Positions 42,651-55,100 of a DNA stretch of 64,000 nucleotides are shown in pieces. Source of the DNA: Zootoca vivipara (lineage: Eukaryota). Position 1 is the stretch's first letter, and the number at the start of each line of letters is the position of its first letter. Made by a program: the position numbers and the translations under genes. The notes beneath the pieces are model-generated. The model searched no databases, was not told the origin of the DNA, and was given only the letters and a program-made list of their open reading frames with translations. The stretch is taken from assembly GCF_963506605.1 (NCBI RefSeq), contig NC_083292.1:14880001-14944000 (forward strand), read 5' to 3'.

Positions 42651-43761
42651 CAAATTCCCAGTACGGGGTAAAAGGCAGCTTAGAGTGGGGGGTGATTGGC
42701 ATGGAACCTTTCCTCTGTTTCTCAAACACTGATTTGTGCGTAAAAGGTCCTGTATGGAAATGTCCGCTCCCAAGATTTTTAGTGGGTTTTCAGTTTTAGA
42801 ACGGCTTTTTACATTGTATAAGAAATAATGCCCGGAGTCCGGAATTTGAACCCTAAAATGTCGTTTCTGACCATCAGCTGCCAGGCTTGGTCAGTTAGGG
42901 GGAGCAATGCACTATTCCAGGGTGTTGCTTTGGGGACCATTTTCTAAACGTGAAATTGATTCACGAGGAAGGAAAACCCACCTGCGCTTTAATCGATGCC
43001 CAAATGTGTTGATAACCGAATGTATTGAGAAGTTTTGTTTAGGAGAAACCTACAACCCGCCCACACACACCCCGACCTATGAATGGGTTGCCTTTTTAAC
43101 ATGGGTTAACATGGTTGGGGCATCTTTTTTTTGATGGAAAGTGTGTTAAAATATAGAAACTATTCCACAATCCCTGATAGAGATCCTTCTGAGAAAAGTC
43201 CTGGCTACTTCACTCAGAGTTTAAAAAGTGAATTAATACGGAACCTTGAAAGAACTTCCACCGTGCGCTGGATTATTTTTTAAGCGATCGTGGCAGATTT
43301 CCCTCCTTTGAGTTTGCTTGAGCTACTTTGCCAGTGCCCCCCACCCCACCCCCGAGCTTTGCCAAGGGACTGGGGGGGGGGAGCTACTTTATTTTCTCTT
43401 TCTAGAAATTTCCCTGTTGTGCCCTGATAGATGTTACATGGGCTGGATCCTCCTGCTGGTTGGACAGGCCTATCTTGCTTTAACTGCGTCCTCAAGTTCT
43501 CTGAGCGGTAGCCGTGCCTGTAGTGCTCCCATGTGGCCACTTAGAATAATTTCTCCTCCTCAATTCACTCAGAGCAGTAACTACCTCAAATAACTCTTGC
43601 TTGTGCCTCCTCTGCCTTCAGATTTCCTTTCCTTTCATTGCTAGATTTGTTGGGTTTTTATATACGAGCCACCCAACCTTTTCTCTGTTTTATGGTACAA
43701 AACGACCTTTGATGATTCCTCGACTTTTGATTTTGATGTCAGTCCCACAATTGCACTGAGC

Positions 43762-44030
43762 TCCAGTTGGAGAACAGCCTTTACCAAAGGTGCCATGGGC
43801 TTTGAAGAGACTCGATCTCAGGACGCAAGGGAGAAACGTGCTAAGAGGAAGGCACGCTTGGCAAATCCACACCGTGATCAACTCCCGCCCGGGAACCAAT
43901 GTCCCCACTGTGGAAGGACGTGTGGATCCAGAATTGGCCTCCACAGTCACTTACGGACCCATTGTTAAAACTGTGTTTATGGAAGACAATCTTATTACTC
44001 GGATACGAGTGATCGCCAAAGACAGAAAGA
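43762..44030 (+). mobile_element. RTE-clade LINE 3' end
   Basis: QCPHCGRTCGSRIGLHSHLRTH finger; homologous to 4332-4590. Confidence 0.75.
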
Positions 44031-44088
44031 GAGAACCAGAAGAACCTTGATGTACACATTTTTTGCAAAGCCATTTTATCTTATTATA

Positions 44089-44440
44089 CAGGTGAAACTG
44101 GGAAAATTGGAATATCGTCGAAAAGTGCATTTATTTCAGTAGTGCAACTTATTTTTTATTTTTATTTTAATTTCTACAAATGCTTGCTTTTGGACATTCC
44201 ACAGTAATAAAACATTTACTATAATACAAAAATAAGCATTGCTATTAAATTTCATTAATTACATTCCATTTATAATTGACTCGCCTAGTAACAAATAATT
44301 ACAATGACAACAAATAAAGGCTTGACACATCTTGCTTTGCATGTCATGCATCTCTCTCATATACTGGTTTCACCTTTTAAGTTGCATTACTGAAATAAAT
44401 GCGCTTTTCGATGATATTCTAATTTCCCGAGTTTCACCTG
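44089..44440. mobile_element. Tc1-like MITE
   Basis: TA|CAGGTGAAACT ... AGTTTCACCTG|TA. A second copy at ~60352-61233 is split by BovB. Confidence 0.8.
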
Positions 44441-44725
44441 TATCTCTGTAGCTGTTAGTTTTCTTGACGATGTGCTTTAAAGACTGGCGGACTGAGCGGA
44501 GATGTTCCTCTTTTAGCTGCCATGACGGTGACAACATGATCTCTTTCTTTCTCCAGCTTCTTCTCGGGGTAGTCATGCGACCAGTGTTTCTTCTCCCCCC
44601 CCCCTTTGGCTCTCACTCTTTTACTGCTCCTTCTGCTGTTTCCCAGCAGGTGTTAAAATCTTGTCCCGCCTTTCAAAGGCTGCAGCATTTTCATTCGACA
44701 AGTCCCATGTCAGGACAATCCTATA

Positions 44726-44959
44726 CCCTGTTTCTCCAAAAATGTAAGACGTAGCCATAAAATAAGCCATAGCAGGATTTTTAAGTATTCAATGAATATA
44801 AGCCATACCCTGAAAATAAGACATAGTGATAGGCACAGCAGCAATGCCGGCCGTGGCAGGAGGAGGAAAAAAATAAGACATCACCTGAAAATAAGCCATA
44901 GGGTGGTTTTTTGAGGAAAAATAAATATAAGACTGTGTCTTATTTTCGGAGAAACATGG
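44726..44959. mobile_element. mariner/pogo-type MITE
   Basis: TA-flanked imperfect TIR CC.TGTTTCTCC.AAAAT and internal AAAATAAG repeats. Confidence 0.65.
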
Positions 44960-44965
44960 TAGCTA

Positions 44966-45987
44966 GAATCACAGAATGGTAGGAGTTGCAAGAGATCACA
45001 GCAGTCATTCAGTCCAACCCCCCTGCAATGCAAGAATCTCAGCTAAAGCATCCATGGCAGATGGTCATCCAACCTCTGCTTAAAAACCTCCAAGGAAGGA
45101 GAGTCCACCACCTCTCGTGGAAGTCTGTTCCACTGCCCAACAGCTCTTACAGTCAGAAAGTTTTTCCAAATGTTTACTCGGAATCTCCTTTCTTGCAACG
45201 TGAAGCCATTGGTTTGAGTCCTACCCTCCAGAGCAGGAGAAAACAGGCTTGTTCCCTCTTCCATGTGACAGCCCTTGAGATATTTGAAGATGGCTATCTT
45301 ATATATATGCAGATCATATATATATGCAGATGGTGACAGCAGTCACGAAATTAAAAGACGCCTGCTTCTTGGGAGAAAAGCAATGACAAACCTAGACAGC
45401 ATCTTAAAAAGCAGACACATCACCTTGCCGACAAAGGTCCATATAGTTAAAGCTATGGTTTTCCCAGTAGTGATGTATGGAAGTGAGAGCTGGACCATAA
45501 AGAAGGCTGATCGCCGAAGAATTGATGCTTTTGAATTATGGTGCTGGAGGAGACTCTTGAGAGTCCCATGGACTGCTAGAAGATCAAACCTATCCATTCT
45601 TAAGGAAATCAGCCCTGAGTGCTCCCTGGAAGGACAGATCGTGAAGCTGAGGCTCCAATACTTTGGCCACCTCATGAGAAGAGAAGAATCCTTGGAAAAG
45701 ACCCTGATGTTGGGAAAGATGGAGGGCACTAGGAGAAGGGGACGACAGAGGACAAGATGGTTGGACAGTGTTCTCGAAGCTACGAACATGAGTTTGACCA
45801 AACTGTGGGAGGCAGTGCAAGACAGGAGTGCCTGGCGTGCTATGGTCCATGGGGTCACGAAGAGTCGGACACGACTAAACGACTAAACAACAACAACAAA
45901 ATCATATCTCCTCTTAGTCTCGTCTTTTCCAGGCTCCAACATACCCAACTCCTTCAACCGTTCCTCATAAGGCTTGGTTTCCTTATG
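44966..45987 (-). mobile_element. CR1 LINE 3' fragment interrupted by BovB
   Basis: RKNFLTVRAV.QWNRLPREVVDSPSLEVFKQRLD motif. The CR1 sequence resumes at 45901. Confidence 0.8.
45325..45900 (+). mobile_element. BovB 3' fragment
   Basis: Nearly identical to the 3' part of 37883-39256, with a (CAA)n tail. Confidence 0.92.
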
Positions 45988-46887
45988 AGCTACTGACTGT
46001 ACAATGCACATTATAGTCTGAAATGCCGGAACGGTCCCTATTCCCATTGGATCCCATTGGATTCAAGCATTACTGAGGTAGCTTCAGAGATCCTACCACA
46101 GTAAGGTACCCACCACCGTGCACCAGTAGGGCTGGAGGTGGGGAGAAACTCTGCTCCAAACAAGGCCAGGGGAGGGTGGGGGTGGTAATCATGGCTCCCT
46201 GCCTCAGAATTCTCTGAGAAAGTGCCTTGTGGGCCATGGAATCATAGAACTGTAAAGTTGGAAGGGACCACAAGGGTCGTCTGGTCCAACCCCCCTGTAA
46301 TTCATGAATCTTTTGCCCAATGTGGGACTTGAACCCACAACCCTATGATAAAGAGTTTCATGCTCTGCTGACTGAGCTTGGACTGCTTTCATCGCCCCCC
46401 TCTCCTACTGATGTCTCCGATCCCGGATTTCAGGATCCAGGTGGGAGTGGGGTTTGTTGGAATGATGGGAGACAGCTATCTTTGCACACCAAGTGGAGGC
46501 TCATTGTCTTATCGAACGCCTTTTCCTGCCACAGGGCATCCTCGTCTGCATGTTTGCTGCATCCTTAGCAAGGCAGCTGCCTTTCCCAAACCTGCTCTGC
46601 TTACGGGGCCACGCCAAAGAAAAATCACAGAAGCAGCAATAAACACTGTAGAGATTAGAGCTTTTGCGAAACACAAACATGAAAAAGTGTTGGTTTCATT
46701 ATGTGTGTGAAGGAAATAATGAAATCCTAGCAAGACAAGGGCATGAAATAATTTTATGGAAAAAATATATAAATAAAATTCTTTCTTTGGAATGAGCAAC
46801 ATGGACTGATGTATCTTCTGTGCCTGTGAAGATTTTAAGAAAATAGGAGAAAACCTTTTTTCTAATGCTGGTTAATGACAGTATATA

Positions 46888-47112
46888 CAGTCGTACCTTG
46901 GTTTTTGAACAGCTTAGTTCTCGAACGTTTTGGCTCCCAAACGCCGCAAATCCAGAAGTGAGTGTTCTGGTTTGCGAACTATTTTTGGAAGCTGAACGTC
47001 CAACGGGGCTTCCGATTGGCTGCCAAACACAAGCCGTGCTTTGGTTTCCAAATGTTTTGGAAGTCGAACGGACTTCCAAAACGGATTCCGTTCGACTTCC
47101 AAGGTACAACTG
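46888..47112. mobile_element. pogo/Tigger-like MITE
   Basis: TA|CAGTCGTACCTTGG ... CCAAGGTACAACTG|TA. Confidence 0.75.
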
Positions 47113-47699
47113 TATACAGGAAGCATATAGGGGGTCAGTGGCTTGGTGTCCCATGTGGCCCCCCACATGCCAAAGGAGCATGGGATGGGGAGCCAGATGC
47201 TGTCGGACTCCTGATTTCCAGCAGCCAACAGAGAGGTTTCCTTGGGCTTTCGATGGATCCTGTTTTCCCATCTACCGATTCCTCTATTAATCTTGACCCC
47301 ATATAAACTCCCACCTCTTCTTGGCATAGACAGTTGACATGTAATTGTTTAATTTAGCATTGCAGGCAGATGGAGGGAAGTCCAGGTTTAGTCATTGCCT
47401 GCTCTAGATAATGGATTACCAGTTTGGGTAATTGATTACTATCTCTCTGGACAGAACGTGAAAGGGATCTGCTCTCTCCAACGGCTTGTTTTGTGTCAGA
47501 TGGGATATTATTGTTGTGAGTTCTTTGGGGTCAGGGGTTAGGCTGTATGGTCCCTGAAGCCCTTCTAATTCTTGGTTCTACCAAGGGTTAAAATCTAATG
47601 GAGGGTCCCATTGGTGAATTGGGCAGGCGAGGACCATAGTTATCCCCATAGTCATTCCTTAGTATAAGAAAGGAAGCTGCTCTGTGCCAGTATACATGA

Positions 47700-47997
47700 A
47701 GGAGCGTCTCCACCCCCATCATTCAGCTCTGAGAGCCTTCTGGAGGTTCCCTCACTGCGAGAAGTGAGGTTACAGGGAACCAGGCAGAGGGCCTTCTCGG
47801 TGGTGGCCCCTGCCCTGTGGAACGCCCTCCCATCAGATGTCAAGGAAATAAACAACTACTGTATCTGACTTTCAGAAGGCATCTGAAAGCATCCCGGTTT
47901 AGGGAAGTTTTTCATGTTTGATGTTTTATTGTGTTTTTAGTATTTTTTGGGAGCTGGGGAGGCCTGGCCAGATGGGCAGGGTACAAGTAAGTAATAA

Positions 47998-48045
<48 letters not shown>
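47700..48045 (+). mobile_element. L2 3' fragment with (TTA)n tail
   Basis: RAFSVVAP.LWNALP motif. Confidence 0.65.
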
Positions 48046-49102
48046 GGCAAATAAGTGGGTTCCAGTAACTTGTGGTCAGTGGACTAGGGGGACTAGGCTA
48101 GTTTCCTAAATGTTCCTGGTAAATTTGAGTATTAAACCTCCAGGCTTCTGCCAGGCTTAGGGAGGGAGGCAGGATGCTCATACATGCGATGTCAGGAGGT
48201 GGCAACCTTACACGTGCGATTTCACACACAAACACCATTCTCCTTTACAAAGTGGCACCTCTGGCCCTAACTGCTCCCCTATGAAAAAAATTCACTGCAT
48301 GCTACTGGTTGGCCCCCTCCCTCACCTGGCCGGTAGTGATGTTCCAGGATTCCGCCGATGTTCCGGGAATCAGCATGTTTTTACCTGAGTAGAATGTGTC
48401 CTTTTATTTAAAATGCATCTCTGGGTTATTTGTGGGGCCTGCCTGGTGTTTTTACATGAGTAGAATGTGTCCTTTTATTTCAAATGCATCTCTGGGTTAT
48501 TTGTGGGGCATAGGAATTCGTTCATATATTTTTTTCAAAATATAGTCCGCCCCCCCCCCAAGGTCTGAGGGACAGTGGACTGGCCCCCTGCTGAAAAAGT
48601 TTGCTGACCCTTGGTTCAATAGGATGTCCCTGTTTTCACTGGAGAAACATTGGAGGGGAAGCTACTCTTCCAAGCAGGAGGAACAACTGCAGGTGGTGAC
48701 ATCTGCTGCTTTTCCTCTTCTCCCTATTGCAAAATAAGCCCCCGATGTGGCAGATATGGGGCAGCAGAGGCCTGGTCCGTATGTCAGCAAGAAAGGCAAA
48801 GGTGAATTCCTCCGTGTTCTGCCCCAGTTATCAGGCCATGGCACTCTGTCAATCCAAGAGAAAGCTGACTTCACGATGACTTAGGGCTGGCTCGGTTCCT
48901 TCTTGGAATAGTTAACCAGGGACAACTTGCTGGTGGGTCATAAGTCATTGAAATCCTCGAAATAATACCTTGGGCCGCAGTCCCACTCTTCCTTGTTACC
49001 TCGCTGCCCTGCGTTGTGCTGTTGGTCAAGGAAAGCCTAGAGAGCTCCCAGCTCACCTGACAAACGGACCGGGGGACAGAGCAACACCTTTTCCTGCAGA
49101 AA

Positions 49103-52100
49103 ATGGCAGCCCATGTCTTCTCTGACTTTGTGAGTATCAGGCACACCAGCCTGCTGAGGAAAGAGACTCAGCAATCTTTATTTACTGCTAGCTGAGGACC
49201 CCACCTCTGGGATGTCTCAGTTTAAATCATGGGTAGGCAAACTCAGGGGCGTAGCAAGGGGGTGCGATGGGGGGCGGGGCGCCCCGGGTGCCACTCTGGG
49301 AGGGAGCCACTTGGCGCCTCCCCCCGTGACTCCCAAGCCGAGCCTCCAGCCTCCAGGCAAACAGCCTGCCGGGAGGCTGGAGGCTCGGCTTTGGAGTCGC
49401 AGGGGGAGCGCTACCCATCTAGGTAGCACACATGCGCAGCACGAGCCTCCATCCTCCCAGTAGAAGGCCTCGCTCGGCATGCTAGGTAGTGATGCATGCG
49501 TCGTTATGTAGAGACACATGCGTCATTACGTAGTGACACTGCGCATGTGCACTACGAGCGACGCTCCGCCCCCGGGTGCACAGCAATTTGCCACCCCCGG
49601 GTGATGCAGCGGCTTCCTATACCGCTGGGCAAAGTAAGGCCCGGATCTGGCCCAATCACCTTCTAAATCCAGACCACGGACGGTCCAGGAATCAGTGTGT
49701 TTTTACATGAGTAGAATGTGTCCTTTTATTTAAAATGCATCTCTGGGTTATTTGGGGGGCCTGCCTGGTGTTTCTACATGAGTAGAATGTGTCCTTTTAT
49801 TTAAAATGCATCTCTGGGTTATTTGGGGGGCCTGCCTGGTGTTTCTACATGAGTAGAATGTGTGCTTTTATATAAAATGCATCTCTGGGTTATTGGGGGG
49901 GGGCTGCCTGGTGTTTCTACATGAGTAGAATGTGTCCTTTTATTTAAAATGCATCTCTGGGTTATTTGGGGGGCCTGCCTGGTGTTTCTACATGAGTAGA
50001 ATGTGTCCTTTTATTTAAAATGCATCTCTGGGTTATTTATGGGGCCTGCCTGGTGTTTCTACATGAGTAGAATGTGTCCTTTTATTTAAAATGCATCTCT
50101 GGGTTATTTGGGGGGCCTGCCTGGTGTTTCTACATGAGTAGAATGTGTCCTTTTATTTAAAATGCATCTCTGGGTTATTTATGGGGCCTGCCTGGTGTTT
50201 CTACATGAGTAGAATGTGTCCTTTTATTTAAAATGCATCTCTGGGTTATTTGGGGGGCCTGCCTGGTGTTTCTACATGAGTAGAATGTGTGCTTTTATAT
50301 AAAATGCATCTCTGGGTTATTGGGGGGGGCTGCCTGGTGTTTCTACATGAGTAGAATGTGTCCTTTTATTTAAAATGCATCTCTGGGTTATTTGGGGGGC
50401 CTGCCTGGTGTTTCTACATGAGTAGAATGTGTCCTTTTACTTAAAATGCATCTCTGGGTTATTTTCAGCCCCCTGCTGAAAAGGTTTGCTGACCCCTGGA
50501 TTTAAATGAATAGCATGGAGGGGAGAACAATTGTTTCCCATCTCAGGCGGTCAGTCACTTCTCAAGTGGGTTCATAAAACCTGGCTGAGGCATCAGGGTC
50601 ACACCTGGTTCTCCTGTTCTCCTCCTTGCCCTCTCTCCTGACTCCTTCCCTGCCTCATGATAGGGCATCATGTGCTGGGCCAGTCCTCACCATTTCTTGG
50701 ATGGTGGCTGCGGAGGGGAGGCAAGGACATGGCCCAGACGGCGGTGTTTTCTCTTGGCAGATTCGGTACCAGCGAGTGTTCCAAATGATCTTCGTGGTGG
50801 GGGTGGGAGGGACCTTACTGATCGGCTTCCAGATCTCCGTGATCACCTATCCCTCTCAGGTAAGCAAAGGGGATCGTAGTTGAGCCTTCTCCCTCTCACA
50901 TGCAGGTTGACAATAGCCTCGAGGGGTCTCGTCCGACTGTGGCCTCAGCTGATTAAAAAAAGAGAGAGAACAGCTTCGTGGTGTTTAGGTAGATTATTGG
51001 GCTCTCTACACGTACAAAAGATGGCTTTGCAGGTGTGGGGCTATCCCCTGACAAATGGGTGGTGGGGTTGCCCCTGAGGGTGCTAGCCCCCATTTTCAAG
51101 GGGTGGGTGAGGGGCAGCTGTGCCCGGGACTTCTTGGTGCCCACAATGTCAGAACGGGCAGCATCATAATCTCTAGCCAGCGGTGGTTCAGGTGGAGATA
51201 CAGGCATGGCGGATGGATTGGGTCACATGGGTTGCCACCAGGAGGGAGGGACAAAAGAGCTGGTTGGCTCCTGCTGATTGGCTCAGGTGTGTTTGGGGGG
51301 TGGGGGCAGAATTTCCCCAGTTTTGTAGCCGGTAGAAGGTTGTAAACTGAATCCAAACTGGGAACCATACCTGCCAAGTTGCTGTCAGAGAAATAAGGGA
51401 CCGGGCCGGAAATAGCAGACCGGAAGTAGCGCTGCCGCCATTTTGGAACTGGGCGGAGCATGTTCAGAAGTGACTTTTGATGCTGCTGCTTTGCCCAGTT
51501 CCAAAATGGCCACCGTGCCAGAAGTCACACTGCAGCCATTTTGGAACTGGGCAGAGCAGCATCAAAAGTCGCTTCTGAGCATGCTCCGCCCAGTTCTAAA
51601 ATGGCCGCCGTGCCAGAATAAACCGGGGGGAAACAAAAAAATCCGTTTTTTCACCTAGGAAGAGCTGGAAAAACGGGGATTTCCCGGGGAAAACGGGAGA
51701 GTTGGCAGCTATGCTGGGAACACCCAGTCCCAGCATGCAAAAACATGAGGGCTTCTCCCCCACCAACCCCTCTGCTCCTGCCTGGAAGACAAGGGGCCCA
51801 TGATGTGTGGTGGGCTGGCTCCTGTGGCTGAGGGGCTAAAGAGCTGCTCTGGAACATTTGCTGTGTGGGTTTGACCCCAACTTAGTCTTCGTGCTCCTAG
51901 CGAGGGCCTTGCTCGTTCAACCTCCCAGGAGGAGTATGACCTCCAGACCATTGATACTGTCGAGATGCCCTTGATATGTCCAAAGAAATGGGAGCACGTG
52001 GACAGGATAAGGAAACCGAATGTCTTTGACTCTAACAGCACTCCTACTACTAAGCTGCCCTTCTGGATAACAGAATGTTTTACCTCCTTTCGTACCAACG

Positions 52101-55100
52101 GGAGGAAATGAAGGTTTGTAAACAAGGCACGGCAGAGCAGGAGTTGCTCTCCGGAAAATAATGTAGTGTGTTGAAAAAATATGCTATCAGTGTCTGGCAA
52201 TGATGCTTCTGGTTGCTGAGAGTAGGTGGGCTATGAGCTCTTTGTGATGTGAGTGGGGAGTATTGTCTTGTAAGATGTTTAGTAGGGCCAGTTCTGGGGT
52301 GATTTCTTGTACTTGCTTAGTTATTTACAGTGCTTTTTTTGTATAAAAAATGTTTAGGGGTACTCTCATTTTCCTACTTGTTATGTACTGAGCTGAATCC
52401 TAGAACAATAGGATTCAGAATCAGCGGGAGCTACCCAATCCAACTCCAGGTGGAAGTGAATCCGCAACCTGATTGGCCTGCTGGAGCAGCCAATCAGGCG
52501 GCTGGCAGAAGTGAATCTGCTACCTGATTGGCCTGTAGGAGCAGCCAATCAGGCTGCAGGCAGAAGTCAATCCACAATATAATTGGCCCACAGGTGTAGC
52601 CCTGAAGTAGCCAATCACGCAAGGCCCATTGTGTAAATACTGTATATAAGCAGATGGTTTTGGTAAAAGAGCGATTCGTCTTCTCTTCTTCTCCTTGATG
52701 AATATGAGCTGAATAAAGAGCATGAAATTCACTCTCGACTCCGAGTATATTTCACTGGCGACGAAGGTGGGATCCTGCTGAGCTTACCACCACCACGCAC
52801 TGCACCGCAGCACCGCCACCTGCTGCACCGCTGCATTGCACCGTGCATCCAGGCTTCAGCTCCAGGACCCAAGGAACCCAGAATGGCCACCGACAGCAGC
52901 TTCTTGCCATTCAAACCAGCATCAGGAGACTGGGAAGGGTACGCCGCCCGTTTCAACTTCCTCCTGCAAGCGAAAGAAGTCACCACCGATGCCATGAAGA
53001 GGGCGACATTCTTCAGCGTCTGTGGAGAGGAGACGTTTGAAATCGCCCGGGCTCTCCTTGCACCTAGAGATGTCGCTACCGTCTCTTACAAAACAATAAT
53101 GGAACGGCTGAAGGAGCACTTTTCACCACAGCCCTCGGTGGTAGCTTGCCGAAATGCCTTCTACGCAAAGCGGCAAGCCCCGGGGGAAACCATAACTGGG
53201 TTTGTGACCTCCCTCCGCCAAGCCGCCCGGTTATGCAACTTCTCAGAGTTGGAGAACATGCTTCGTGACCGCCTCGTCGGTGGCCTGAGGGACGAGATGT
53301 TGCAACGACGCCTCTACGCCAAAAAAGACCTCACGTTCCAGATTGCTCTGGAGGAAGCCCTGGCAACCGAAGCCGCCGAGAGGTCAACGCAAGAGGCACG
53401 ACCGGCCCCGCCATCCCAACCGAGGGTCTACCACGAAGACCTCACCGACGAATCCGAATCTGACAGGGAGGAAGTACACCGAGTACAGCGGCGCACTCAA
53501 GCAGCACACACACCACAGCAGCCTCGACGAGAAGGAGGGAACTGTGCAAGCTGCGGGGAGAACCACGAGAGGAGGACCTGTCGTTTCCGCAACGCAGAGT
53601 GCAGGCAGTGCAGAAAATTGGGACACATCGCCCGGGTGTGTCGGGCTCGACTCACCCGTCGACAAGCATCAGATGACCGACCCAGGAGCCCCAGGTCACA
53701 CGGCACCATGCACCAAGGCAACTCGACGGAGATCACGGACTACCAGGTATTCCAGTTGCCCCATCCCAGCACAGAGAAAATTTATATAGAGGTACAGATA
53801 GAGGGAGCCCCATGCCGCATGGAGCTGGACACGGGTTCAAATCTATCCATAATCTCGGCCCGAACATTAAGGGAACTGTGCCCTAATGGGGGTCCCAAAC
53901 TAAGGCCGGCCCCATTCACCCTCCGGGACTTCCAGAAACGTAAGGTCCCTACAATGGGGGTGGGGACCTTCAGGGTGCAATATCGAGGGCGAAAGCAACA
54001 ATTGGACTTGCTGGTAGTTAAGGGCCCCTACGTTAGCTTACTGGGACTGGCATGGTTTGGACCTCTGGGGCTAGCCGTTACCGGGGTGAACCGCACTAGC
54101 TTACAAGTGGACGTGGACGCCATATGCAAAGAGTTTCCAGGGGTTTTCGATGGGGCATTGGGACGATATACAGGACCCCCCATTGCCCTACAGCTAGACC
54201 CCGCTGTACGACCCATCAGGCACAAGGCCCGCCGGGTCCCGTTCGCCCTGAAACCCCGCATAGACGAGGAATTGGACCGGCTCGTGGAGCAAGGAGTGCT
54301 GGAGCCGGTGCCCAACGCCCCCTGGGAAACTCCAATTGTCACACCCGTCAAGCCTAACGGTTCGGTCCGCATCTGTGCAGACTACAAATGCACCATAAAC
54401 AAGGCTCTCACGGCCCATGCATACCCAGTGCCAGTGGTCAGCCATGTCCTCGCCACCCTGGCTGGGTCAAAAATCTTTGGCAAACTGGACTTGGCCCAAG
54501 CGTATCAACAGTTGCCTGTGGACGAAGCCACAGCAGAGGCTCAGACGATTGTGACGCACAGAGGGGCATTCAGAGTAAAGCGGCTGCAATTTGGCGTTAG
54601 CGTGGCACCAGGCATATTCCAGAATCTAATGGACTCTCTCCTTAAAGGGATTCCTGGCGTCACCCCCTTCTTCGATGATGTACTGATCGCCGGGCCCACA
54701 CCAGAGGAATTTGAGGACCGCCTCCGCTCCGTCCTGCACCGCTTCCAGACGGCGGGCCTCAAGGTGAAGCGGGAAAAGTGTTTACTGGGAGTGTCGCAGG
54801 TGGACTTTCTGGGATTTAAGGTGGACGCAGAAGGGGTCCATCCAACCGGTGACAAGGTACGGGCCATTTGTGAGGCCCCAGCGCCCAAGAGCAAGCCCGA
54901 ACTTCAGTCATTCTTGGGACTATTGAACTTTTACCATGCCTTCCTTCCCCATAAGGCAGCGGTAGCGGAGCCCCTACACAGACTCCTAGATAAAAGGGCC
55001 CCTTGGGTGTGGGGCCAGCGACAAAGGGCCGCATTCCAGGCAGTCAAAGACTTGCTCGTCTCAAACTCGGTCTTGGCACACTTCGACGAGAGGCTGCCAG

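Noticed and set aside
49697-50464. CRISPR-like repeat array
   Set aside because: Units are contiguous with no unique spacers, the DNA is eukaryotic, and the unit comes from a MITE.
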